Origin: Thermodesulfomicrobium sp. WS
Lineage (GTDB): Bacteria > Desulfobacterota > Desulfovibrionia > Desulfovibrionales > Desulfomicrobiaceae
Assembly (NCBI RefSeq): GCF_027925145.1
Contig: NZ_AP027130.1
Span: forward strand, 2,126,537-2,150,536
Direction: 5' to 3'
Length of the DNA: 24,000 nucleotides
This document shows, in pieces, positions 1 to 7,192 of the stretch. Each line of letters opens with the position of its first letter. Position 1 is the first letter of the stretch. Made by a program: the position numbers and the translations under genes. The notes under the pieces are model-generated. The model worked only from the letters and a program-made list of their open reading frames with translations. It was not told the DNA's origin and did not search any database.

Positions 1-95
1 ATGATGATCCGTTCCATACGCCTTTTACCTCCTTGTTTTTCAACGACTTGGTGACGGCACTGCCGCCAGGTCCGATGACATGCTCACCTCCTTAC

Positions 96-297
96 TTGGA
101 AATTTTTCCGCAAGCAGCACCGTGCACCCCTTGGCCCCGTAGAAATGTGTTACCATTTAAAATTGAGTATTCATTAGTGTCAACATTATTTCTGCAAAGA
201 AAAAGGCTTTTCAAAAAGATAAAAAATTTCAAATATTTTTTATTATAGTAGCACTATTTTATATTTTATACTCTTTTTTTGTAAAAAAATATTGACT
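96..297. promoter_or_regulatory. AT-rich divergent intergenic/promoter region
   Basis: About 200 bp of conspicuously AT-rich sequence (runs such as aaaaatttcaaatattttttattatag) in an otherwise GC-rich window. It lies between a minus-strand start at the window edge (SD AAGGAGG 28-34, ATG 15-17) and the plus-strand hydG operon. A TTGACT -35-like hexamer sits at 292-297. No convincing -10 was found, so the exact promoters are unassigned. Confidence 0.5.
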
Positions 298-466
298 CCT
301 CCCCCCGTCCAAGGCATGGTGCCTCCGCACATAGCCATTGGCGGAGAACATGCCTGCGGGAAGGGGTCCCCTGAACCTCAGGGCGAGAACACACTTGCCC
401 GAGAGGCATGTTCTGTTCGCGCCCCCACCGCCGCCGCGTTCTCCTCCGCAGCTCAAAGGAGTCTTG
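298..466 (+). promoter_or_regulatory. Structured 5' leader of the hydG operon with mutually exclusive helices and an SD-sequestering hairpin
   Basis: Helix A: GGCATG 313-318 pairs with CATGCC 349-354, and CTCCGC 323-328 pairs with GCGGAG 341-346. Helix B: AGAACATGCCT 345-355 pairs with AGGCATGTTCT 404-414, and CGGG 357-360 pairs with CCCG 398-401. A and B share 345-354 and so cannot coexist. CTCCT 441-445 pairs with the SD AGGAG 457-461. A second CTCCGC at 444-449 can pair with GCGGAG 341-346. Confidence 0.45.
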
Positions 467-712
467 ATGATGGAGAAACGCATCGGTATCATTGGTATTT
501 TTATCCGGGAGCGCAAAAATGCCGCTCCTGAAGTCAACGCCCTCCTCAGCGAATACGCAGAACTCATCGCCGGCCGCATTGGTCTTCCTTTTCGGGAAAA
601 GGGCATCCATGTCATCGGCCTCATCGTCGAGGCGACCACCGATGAAATGGGCGCCCTCACGGGAAAACTGGGCATGGTCGAAGGCGTTCGCGTCAAATCA
701 TTTGTAGCGTAG
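467..712 (+). CDS. TM1266-type small ACT/NikR-C-like protein (putative iron-only hydrogenase system regulator)
   Basis: The ORF 338..712 is trimmed to ATG 467, which lies 5 nt after SD AAGGAG 456-461. The 81-aa product MMEKRIGIIGIFIRERKNAAPEVNALLSEYAELIAGRIGLPFREKGIHVIGLIVEATTDEMGALTGKLGMVEGVRVKSF matches my recollection of the TM1266 family usually found beside hydE/F/G. The stop TAG 710-712 abuts hydG. Confidence 0.8.
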   Translation: MMEKRIGIIGIFIRERKNAAPEVNALLSEYAELIAGRIGLPFREKGIHVIGLIVEATTDEMGALTGKLGMVEGVRVKSFVA

Positions 713-726
713 TGGAGGATGGCACT

Positions 727-2133
727 ATGAAAAAGAGCACACCCAATTTCATCGACGAACAACAAATCTGGCAGGACATAGAAGCAGGAAAAACAGCATC
801 ATCCAAACATGCTCTCCATATTATTGAAAAAGCAAAGACATGCACGGGACTTCTTCCAAAAGAGGCGGCTATTCTGCTCCAAAATACAGACCGAGATATT
901 GATGCGGCAATCTTCGATGCTGCGCTCCATGTCAAAAAACGTATCTATGGGAACAGGTTTGTTCTTTTTGCTCCGCTCTACATCACCAACGAATGTTCCA
1001 ATCAGTGCAGGTACTGTGGATTCAACGCAAAAAACAAAGAACTTATCCGTAAGACTCTTTCTAAGGAAGATATTCGGCGAGAAGTCGAGGCATTGGAAAA
1101 CATCGGGCATAAGCGTCTGCTTCTGGTATACGGCGAGCATCCCAAATTCGGTGCCCAATGGATCGCCGAGACCGTCCATACCGTCTATGCAGTAACATCA
1201 CAAAAGAGCGGAGAGATCCGAAGGGTCAACATCAATTGCGCCCCCCTCGATGTCGAAGGCTTTCGCCTGCTCCACGAGGCAGGCATTGGCACCTATCAAT
1301 GCTTCCAAGAAACCTACCATCAAGAAACCTATGCCGCCATGCATCCAGCGGGTCGCAAACAAGACTACCTCTGGCGTCTTTATGCCTTGCACCGGGCCCA
1401 AGAGGCCGGCATTGACGACGTAGCCCTTGGAGCGCTCTTTGGTCTTTTCGACTCCACCTTCGAAGTTCTCGGTCTGCTGTATCATGCGGCACAGTTGGAG
1501 AAAGATTTCGGCGTGGGGCCGCACACCATCTCCTTTCCTCGATTGGAGCCGGCGTTGGGCTCGGACATCGCTTTCCATCCGCCGCATCCCGTGTCGGACC
1601 ACCAATTCAAGAAAATCGTGGCAGTACTGCGACTGGCCGTACCGTACACCGGCCTTATCCTCACCACGCGGGAGCGAGCGGAGTTGCGTAAGGAACTCCT
1701 GGAAGTCGGAGTATCCCAACTTTCTGCAGGCTCACGGACCTATCCTGGCGCCTACTCCGACCCCGAGTACAACCGGCCCGAAGTGCAGCAGTTCTGCATT
1801 GGCGACAACCGCTCCCTCGACGAGGTCATCGGCGCCATCGTGCGGGAACATGGCTACATCCCCTCCTGGTGCACCGCCTGCTATCGTTTGGGCCGCACCG
1901 GAGAGCACTTCATGGCTCTGGCCAAAAAGGGCTTCATTCAAGACTTCTGTCGCCCCAACGCCATGCTCACTTTCAAAGAATACCTCCTCGATTACGCATC
2001 CCCTGCCACCCGCCAGGCAGGCGAGACCCTCTTAGCCCAGGAATTGGAAAATTACCCCGACAGCCACCGCAAGGCCGCTCTCCTCCAGCGGTTTACCCGA
2101 CTCGAGGCAGGAGAGCGTGACCTCTACTTCTAG
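727..2133 (+). CDS. hydG: [FeFe]-hydrogenase maturase HydG (radical SAM tyrosine lyase)
   Basis: Radical SAM motif CSNQCRYCGF. C-terminal CTAC-X22-C (CX2CX22C) cluster motif, which is diagnostic of HydG versus ThiH. Length about 468 aa. The track start at 712 is GTG. ATG 727 lies 7 nt after GGAGGA 714-719 and is preferred. Confidence 0.92.
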   Translation: MKKSTPNFIDEQQIWQDIEAGKTASSKHALHIIEKAKTCTGLLPKEAAILLQNTDRDIDAAIFDAALHVKKRIYGNRFVLFAPLYITNECSNQCRYCGFNAKNKELIRKTLSKEDIRREVEALENIGHKRLLLVYGEHPKFGAQWIAETVHTVYAVTSQKSGEIRRVNINCAPLDVEGFRLLHEAGIGTYQCFQETYHQETYAAMHPAGRKQDYLWRLYALHRAQEAGIDDVALGALFGLFDSTFEVLGLLYHAAQLEKDFGVGPHTISFPRLEPALGSDIAFHPPHPVSDHQFKKIVAVLRLAVPYTGLILTTRERAELRKELLEVGVSQLSAGSRTYPGAYSDPEYNRPEVQQFCIGDNRSLDEVIGAIVREHGYIPSWCTACYRLGRTGEHFMALAKKGFIQDFCRPNAMLTFKEYLLDYASPATRQAGETLLAQELENYPDSHRKAALLQRFTRLEAGERDLYF

Positions 2134-2154
2134 CCGCATCCACGGAGGTATCCA

Positions 2155-2201
2155 GGGCTCCCCTAGGGGAGCCCCACCCCAGATCATGGCTCGGGGTGGG
2201 G
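2155..2201 (+). terminator. Two overlapping GC-rich hairpins downstream of hydG (possible terminator, no U-tract)
   Basis: GGGCTCCCC 2155-2163 pairs with GGGGAGCCC 2166-2174. CCCCACCCC 2172-2180 pairs with GGGGTGGGG 2193-2201. They begin 22 nt after the hydG stop. No T-run follows, so intrinsic termination is uncertain. Confidence 0.35.
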
Positions 2202-2468
2202 AGCAGCTCGCGCCGGGAACATAGGGGCCATTCAACAAACATCGCACGGCCGTACCTGGCTTTCCTTGATGCTGTGTCCCGGCAATGATGACCATCCACG
2301 AAATGACAAGGTTTCCCTCTGGTACCGGGAGGATACCGAACTGGAACTAGCCCACTGGGCGATGGAAAGCGTCCCGCAAATCGGCGCCTGGGCGCTCACG
2401 GCCTAAAGTTTTCCCCCTCCGTGCCGATACACCGAGAAAGCTTACCTTCCCGGCGCACAGGAGGTCCC

Positions 2469-3143
2469 ATGCGTTCTGCCCCCATCCTTGCCCTTGCCCT
2501 GCTTACCGCATGCGCGGGCCGCGTCCTCCCCTTTGGCGCAGAAACCGACCTGCAAACCGCCCGAGTGCCTGCGCCGGTGGGCTTTGCCTTCACCACCCAG
2601 CACACCCTGGAGAGCGCCCAGCACTGGCAGGAGGCTGCCCGCAGGGTGGCACGGGTCATGACAGAGGCCTACCGCCGCACTTCTCCGGACGGCAGCATCC
2701 CTGTTTTTCTCGCCCCCATGGGGACCACACCCTTTGCCCAAAACTTCCGCCAATTCCTCCTGGGGGAACTGGCCGGTCAAGGGATTCCTCAAGCTTCGGC
2801 ACCGGACGGGGCGATGGTGCTCGAAGTGAGCACCCAGACCATCCAGCACCAATGGAACAGCGAGAAAAGCCGGGTGCGCACGGTGCCTGAACCGGGCTTT
2901 GTCCAGGGCAAAGACGACCGCGGCCGCTATCTGGACGTCCCCGTGGTGCGCGAGGACCGCGCCGAATATACCGGCCATGCCCCGGCCACGGAAATGGTGC
3001 TCTCCGCTGGCCTCTATCTCGGCAGCAATGTCCTCGCCCACACGAGCACGGTCTTCTACATCCCGCCGGAAGAACGGCGGCTGTACCAGCCCGGCCCTGC
3101 GATCCCGCAGTCTCCGCTCAAACATTACCTGCTGGTGGAGTAA
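2469..3143 (+). CDS. Lipoprotein of unknown function
   Basis: The ORF 2421..3143 is trimmed to ATG 2469, 4 nt after AGGAGG 2459-2464. The N-terminus MRSAPILALALLTAC carries a lipobox (L-T-A-C). I recognise no family. Confidence 0.8.
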   Translation: MRSAPILALALLTACAGRVLPFGAETDLQTARVPAPVGFAFTTQHTLESAQHWQEAARRVARVMTEAYRRTSPDGSIPVFLAPMGTTPFAQNFRQFLLGELAGQGIPQASAPDGAMVLEVSTQTIQHQWNSEKSRVRTVPEPGFVQGKDDRGRYLDVPVVREDRAEYTGHAPATEMVLSAGLYLGSNVLAHTSTVFYIPPEERRLYQPGPAIPQSPLKHYLLVE

Positions 3144-3146
3144 ACC

Positions 3147-3890
3147 ATGCGCGCCCTTCTCCTCTCTGTGCTCCTCATGGTGATGGTCAACTCCCTGGCC
3201 GTGGCTTCTCCCTGCCGCACCACCTCGGTGACCGAAGCCGCAAGCTCCTTGGCCGAGCAACTGGCCTCCAACCTCACCCTGCGCCTGGACCGCAGCCAGC
3301 CTGTGGTGCCTACGGTGTTCGTCTCCCTGGACGACGTGGAAACCACCTCGCCGCTCGGACGCCTGCTTGCGGAACGCACCGCCGACGCCCTGGCCCAATG
3401 GGGATTTTCCCTGTCCGAAGTGCGCCTGCGCGCCCAGTCGCTCCGCATCAGCCCCACGCACGGGGAATTCGCCCTCACCCGCCAGGAAAGCGCGCTCATC
3501 AGCCCGATATCCGCCCAGGCAGTACTCACCGGCACCTACGCACCCAACGGCCACATCCTCCACGTATCAGCGCGCCTCATCCACGCCACCAGCCATACCG
3601 TGCTCAGCACCGCGGACTGCGAACTCGTGCTCACCCCCGCCACCCGCGCCAGCATGAAGCCAGACCCCGGCAGCACGCACCCAAGCGCCACGCTCCTTTC
3701 CCCCGCCAACCCCGCCGATACCCGCGCCATCCAAAGCCGGCTCAAGGAGCTGGGGCTCTACCGCGGCAAGATCGACGGCATCTGGGGCAAACACACCCAA
3801 GCTGCCGTGGACGCCTTCCGGCGTATCCGGGGCATTGCCTCCACCCAAAAGTGGGACATGGCCACCCAGCAAGCCTTGCTCGGCTCCTGA
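3147..3890 (+). CDS. Secreted FlgO/LpoB-like N-terminal domain protein with C-terminal peptidoglycan-binding (PG_binding_1-like) domain
   Basis: ATG 3147 lies 3 nt after the upstream stop and is preceded by GGAG 3137-3140. Signal peptide MRALLLSVLLMVMVNSLAVA. The C-terminus IQSRLKELGLYRGKIDGIWGKHTQAAVDAFRRIRGI matches the PG_binding_1 pattern. The N-terminal half (VFVSLDDVETTSPLGRLLAERTADALAQWGF) resembles FlgO-family proteins, but that assignment is tentative. Confidence 0.8.
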   Translation: MRALLLSVLLMVMVNSLAVASPCRTTSVTEAASSLAEQLASNLTLRLDRSQPVVPTVFVSLDDVETTSPLGRLLAERTADALAQWGFSLSEVRLRAQSLRISPTHGEFALTRQESALISPISAQAVLTGTYAPNGHILHVSARLIHATSHTVLSTADCELVLTPATRASMKPDPGSTHPSATLLSPANPADTRAIQSRLKELGLYRGKIDGIWGKHTQAAVDAFRRIRGIASTQKWDMATQQALLGS

Positions 3891-3913
3891 AGAGGTCGCA
3901 TCCGTCCTTCCGA

Positions 3914-3948
3914 GCGCCGCGACAAAATCTCGCGGCGTTCACTTTTTT
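3914..3948 (+). terminator. Rho-independent terminator of the lipoprotein/PG-binding operon
   Basis: GCGCCGCGA 3914-3922 pairs with TCGCGGCGT 3930-3938 around a 7-nt loop. It is followed by TCAC and TTTTTT 3943-3948. Confidence 0.75.
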
Positions 3949-4029
3949 CTTGACTTACCCAAACATCATTCTTAGCTGCCGCTCGTCTTTTGACGTTTCG
4001 TCGAAAAAAATCCAACAACCGAGGCTGCC

Positions 4030-4143
4030 ATGCGTGAAATAACCGTATTCCTCTCCACCCAAAAACTCCGTCCCCGACGCACCCTTCCCTTGCGCCGCGT
4101 CTTGCGCGCCGCCATGGGACTTGTGGGGATCGTGCTGCGCTAG
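4030..4143 (+). CDS. Candidate 37-aa arginine-rich small protein (unsupported by homology)
   Basis: ATG 4030 lies 5 nt after GAGG 4021-4024. The translation is MREITVFLSTQKLRPRRTLPLRRVLRAAMGLVGIVLR with stop TAG 4141-4143. It sits between two terminator hairpins, so it would be its own transcription unit. It is too short for the supplied track. Confidence 0.3.
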   Translation: MREITVFLSTQKLRPRRTLPLRRVLRAAMGLVGIVLR

Positions 4144-4168
4144 CGCAAGCACGCCGTCACCAAACAGC

Positions 4169-4210
4169 GAGGCCGGGGATCTCTCCCCGGCCTCTTCGTG
4201 TTCTTTCTAT
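4169..4210. terminator. Bidirectional terminator hairpin between the small ORF and the nrdD 3' end
   Basis: Perfect 11-bp stem GAGGCCGGGGA 4169-4179 / TCCCCGGCCTC 4184-4194 with loop TCTC. On the plus strand it is followed by T-rich TTCGTGTTCTTTCT. On the minus strand it lies 32 nt after the nrdD stop (4226-4228). Confidence 0.65.
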
Positions 4211-4225
4211 GCCTCCAGGCGGCAC

Positions 4226-6286
4226 CTATGCCCGCAAGCACGTCTCCATGGCGTACACTTTCCGGTCCTTGTACTCCGCCTGTTTGCCCTTGTTCCAGAG
4301 CTGCACCGGACGGTAATACCCCACCACCCGGGTATAGACTTCCGCAGGTGCTCCACACGTCGGACAGGTGTGATGCTCTCCTGCAAGGTATCCGTGATCC
4401 TTGCACACGGAAAACGTCGGAGTGATGGACAGATACGGAATCCGGGTCTTGGACAGGGCCTTCATGATAAACGAACGCAGCGCCCCCGTGTCCGGCACGG
4501 ACTCCCCAAGGAAACAATGAAATACCGTCCCGCCGGTATAGAGCGGCTGGAGCTTGTTTTGATGCTCCAGGGCCTCGAAGACATCCGCCGTGGCATTGAC
4601 CGGAAGCAGCGTGGAATTGGTATAGTACGGCACGCCATTACCTGATACATGGATGTCGGCATAGAGTTCCTTGTCGATCTTGGCCAGACGATAGCTCGTC
4701 CCTTCGGCCGGGGTCGCCTCCAGGTTGTAAAGGTTCCCGGTCTCTTCCTGGAACCGGGCAGTGAGCTCCCGCAGATACTCCAGGGTGCGCTGCATAAGCC
4801 GCATGCCCGCCTCGGTATCGATGCCCTTGCCCAAAAGGTTCAGGCACGCCTCATGGCCGCCCACGATACCGATGGTGCTGAAATGCCCGCGCAGGCCGTT
4901 TTTGAGATACCGCCGCGAGAAGGGAAACATCCCCTTGTCCATGTTGTCCTGCACCATCTTGCGCTTGAACTCCAAAGAGTCCTTGGCGAGTTCCGCATAT
5001 TCGCGCACCAGGTCCAAAAAGTCTTCCTCTCCCTGGGCGAGATAGGCCAGCTTGGGGAGATTGAGCGTCACCACGCCGATGGAGCCGGTGAGATCGCCCG
5101 CGCCAAAGAGCCCGCCGGTGCGCTTGCGCAGCTCCCGCAAATCCATCTGGAGCCGGCAGCACATGGAGCGCACGTCCTCCGGCTTGAGATCGGAATTGAT
5201 GAAGTTCTGAAAGTACGGAGCGCCGTATTTGGCGGTCAGGCGAAGAAGCAGGTCCCCTACCGTGGAGTCCCACGGGAAGTCTTCGGTGACGTTGTATGTG
5301 GGGATGGGGAAGGAAAAGATGCGGCCATGGTAGTCGCCTTCCAGCATCACTTCCAGGAAGGCACGGTTGATCATCTCCATCTCCGCCGCATATTCGCCAT
5401 ACGTGGAGTCCTGGAGTTTTCCGCCGATAATTACCGCCTCGCCGGCAATATGCCTGGGAGGCACCAGATCGAAGGTGAGATTGGTAAACGGGCTTTGGCC
5501 TCCCCAGCGGGACGTGGTGTTGATGTTGAAGACGAACTTCTGCATGGCCTGCTTGACCTGCTCGTAGGTCAAACGGTCATGACGCACGAACGGGGCAAGG
5601 TAGGTATCCACGTTGTTGAACGCCTGAGCGCCTGCCCATTCGTTTTGCAGGGTGCCCAGGAAGTTGACCATCTGTCCCAGGATGGAATCGAAATGCTTGG
5701 CAGGCCCGGAAGAGCACCGGCCCTCGAGGTTGAATCCCTCCAAAAGGAGATCCCGCAAGGACCACCCGGCGCAGTATCCAGCCAGGCCAAAGGAGAGGTC
5801 ATGGATATGGAAATACCCGTGCTCATGGGCCTGGCGGATCTCTTCCGGGTATTTTTCCAGGGCGTAGCGGGCCTGCACGGAGCCGGAGAGGTGGAGCATG
5901 AGCCCCTGGAAAGAGTGGGCGAGGTTGGCGTTTTCGTTCACCCGCCAATCGGACTTGTTGAGATAGCTGTCGATGGTTTGCGTAATGTCTAAAAATGCGG
6001 CCTTCTGGCTGCGGATTTGCCGCCGCTGTTCCCGGTACAGGATATAGCGCTTGGCGACCCCGTAGAGCCGGGACTCCATGAGGATCTGTTCTACGGTGTC
6101 CTGCACCAGCTCCTGTTCCGGGATGTCCACGTCGGCAAGTCGCGCTTCCACTTTGCCGGCCAGGCGCTTTGCAAGCAGCGGGTCCTTGATGCCGCTGGCC
6201 TTGAGGGCCTTGAAAATGGCCTGGGCGATGCGATCCACCGACCAGGTCTCGATCCGTCCATCACGCTTGCGAATCTGTTTGGGCAT
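4226..6286 (-). CDS. nrdD: Anaerobic (class III) ribonucleoside-triphosphate reductase NrdD
   Basis: The ORF 4226..6403 is trimmed to ATG 6286 (MPKQIRKRDGRIETWSVDRI, an ATP-cone N-terminus). The C-terminus has the zinc-ribbon CPTCG and the glycyl-radical motif TRVVGYYRP. Length 686 aa. Confidence 0.93.
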   Translation of the reverse strand: MPKQIRKRDGRIETWSVDRIAQAIFKALKASGIKDPLLAKRLAGKVEARLADVDIPEQELVQDTVEQILMESRLYGVAKRYILYREQRRQIRSQKAAFLDITQTIDSYLNKSDWRVNENANLAHSFQGLMLHLSGSVQARYALEKYPEEIRQAHEHGYFHIHDLSFGLAGYCAGWSLRDLLLEGFNLEGRCSSGPAKHFDSILGQMVNFLGTLQNEWAGAQAFNNVDTYLAPFVRHDRLTYEQVKQAMQKFVFNINTTSRWGGQSPFTNLTFDLVPPRHIAGEAVIIGGKLQDSTYGEYAAEMEMINRAFLEVMLEGDYHGRIFSFPIPTYNVTEDFPWDSTVGDLLLRLTAKYGAPYFQNFINSDLKPEDVRSMCCRLQMDLRELRKRTGGLFGAGDLTGSIGVVTLNLPKLAYLAQGEEDFLDLVREYAELAKDSLEFKRKMVQDNMDKGMFPFSRRYLKNGLRGHFSTIGIVGGHEACLNLLGKGIDTEAGMRLMQRTLEYLRELTARFQEETGNLYNLEATPAEGTSYRLAKIDKELYADIHVSGNGVPYYTNSTLLPVNATADVFEALEHQNKLQPLYTGGTVFHCFLGESVPDTGALRSFIMKALSKTRIPYLSITPTFSVCKDHGYLAGEHHTCPTCGAPAEVYTRVVGYYRPVQLWNKGKQAEYKDRKVYAMETCLRA

Positions 6287-6917
6287 ACTCGTTCTCTTCA
6301 GGGACACGGCGAGGAGGAATATACTCCTGCCAATGGATGGGGAACATTTCTGGGACCTGTCTTCGCACCTGCGCCAGATCGGCCTCGGTGAGCTGGGGCA
6401 CACGGGTGCAACGAAAGAGAAACCGCTGCGGCGCTCGCTTCGCCAGGGCGAAGATGCGGACGAAATGGGCCTCCACCGCCTCCGGGGTCACTTGTGCGCC
6501 AGTGAGCTCCGGATAGCGCCACCACGGTCCTTTGACGTCCACTGCCACGGTATCCACCAGGCCGGAGGCAAGCAGCGCCTCAAGCCTGGCAGGATCGCTG
6601 CCGTTGGTGTCGAGCTTCACCGGCAGGCCGAGACGTGCCACGTCTTCAAGCAGCGCCTCAAGCTCCGGGGCTGCGGTGGGCTCGCCGCCGCTCACCACCA
6701 AACCGTCCAGCCACATACGCCGCCGGCGCAGATCCGCCAAGGTCGCCTCGCGGTCCAAAGGGGCAAGGAGATGTGCATGCCAGGCAAGGGCAGCATTATG
6801 GCAGGTGGGGCAACGCCACGGGCATCCAGCCACAAAGAGCACCGCAGCCACCCGGCCGGGCCAGTCGCACAGACTCACCCGCTCACAGCCCCGCACCGCG
6901 TTCCAGGCAGAAGACAT
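6261..6917 (-). CDS. nrdG: Anaerobic RNR activating protein NrdG (radical SAM)
   Basis: The N-terminal CPWRCPTCHN radical SAM cluster motif follows the typical VSLCDWPG segment. Length 218 aa. ATG 6917. Its 3' end overlaps the nrdD start by 26 nt. Confidence 0.88.
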   Translation of the reverse strand: MSSAWNAVRGCERVSLCDWPGRVAAVLFVAGCPWRCPTCHNAALAWHAHLLAPLDREATLADLRRRRMWLDGLVVSGGEPTAAPELEALLEDVARLGLPVKLDTNGSDPARLEALLASGLVDTVAVDVKGPWWRYPELTGAQVTPEAVEAHFVRIFALAKRAPQRFLFRCTRVPQLTEADLAQVRRQVPEMFPIHWQEYIPPRRVPEENEYAQTDSQA

Positions 6918-6974
6918 GGAGGGTATTTTTCCTCGTGATACCGTATGCCGACGCCCAGCGCCGACAGGGTCCAG

Positions 6975-7085
6975 AAATGCGCTTCAGGATGGTTTTCTGG
7001 CTTCCCCACAAGGGGTGACAGAGGCAGCACCGCGCCGGACTTGCACCGGACTTGCCTTGTCCTGAAGGAATCACAAAAGCGAGAG
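6975..7085 (-). promoter_or_regulatory. Candidate cobalamin (B12) riboswitch in the nrdGD leader
   Basis: The minus strand reads CUUCAGGA-CAAGGCAAGUCCGGUGCAAGUCCGGCGCGGUGCUGCCUCUGUCACCCCUUGUGGGGAAGCCAGAAAACCAUCCUGAAG. The closing helix is CUUCAGGA (7067-7060) with UCCUGAAG (6989-6982). The core GGCAAGUCCGGUGCAAGUCCGGCGCGGUGCUGCCUCUGU resembles the consensus GGGAAGCCGGUGnnAAnUCCGGCGCGGUCCCGCCACUGU. AAGCCAGAAAACCAUCC (7003-6987) resembles the B12 box AAGCCAGGAGACCUGCC. Confidence 0.6.
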
Positions 7086-7116
7086 ATCTCTAGCCCAAAG
7101 CATTCCACAAGACAAG

Positions 7117-7147
7117 GGGGGGACACCTGAATCCACAGGCTCCCCCC
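7117..7147 (-). terminator. Likely intrinsic terminator of thrC
   Basis: The minus strand reads GGGGGGA-G-CCUG-uggauu-CAGG-UG-UCCCCCC followed by CUUGUCUUGU. It begins 45 nt after the thrC stop (7193-7195). The U-tract is only moderately strong. Confidence 0.5.
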
Positions 7148-7192
7148 AATGTTCCTTCAGACGATCTGCCCAGCCGGCCTTGGAATACCGAC

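Noticed and set aside
338-466. N-terminal extension of the TM1266-like ORF (MAENMPAGRG...PPPPPRSPPQLKGVL)
   Set aside because: The family is about 80 aa, and a strong SD directly precedes ATG 467. The extension is Pro/Arg-rich and coincides with the structured leader.
2269-2406. 45-aa plus-strand ORF (MLCPGNDDHPRNDKVSLWYREDTELELAHWAMESVPQIGAWALTA) in the hydG-lipoprotein gap
   Set aside because: It has no SD and no recognisable family, and it lies in a region likely to hold the promoter of the next operon. It could be a gene remnant, but I cannot support that.
2442-3563. 373-aa minus-strand ORF overlapping the lipoprotein and PG-binding genes
   Set aside because: It is antisense to two well-supported plus-strand genes. 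Its low-complexity G/A/R/H-rich translation is typical of shadow ORFs in GC-rich DNA. It has no SD and no recognisable motifs.
4649-5992. 447-aa plus-strand ORF inside nrdD
   Set aside because: It is antisense to the unambiguous NrdD coding sequence, and its translation is low-complexity and motif-free.
7035-7056. Apparent tandem repeat CCGGACTTGCA / CCGGACTTGCC
   Set aside because: It is explained by the riboswitch core. On the minus strand it is GGCAAGUCCGG-UGCAAGUCCGG, that is, the GGGAA-like junction plus the CCGG/CCGG P3 hairpin. It is not an independent repeat element.
6920-7190. Search for NrdR boxes upstream of nrdG
   Set aside because: I found only weak partial palindromes (CACAAGGGGTG at 7007-7017, CACAAGACAAGG at 7106-7117). 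They lack the usual A/T-rich core and the usual paired arrangement about three helical turns apart.
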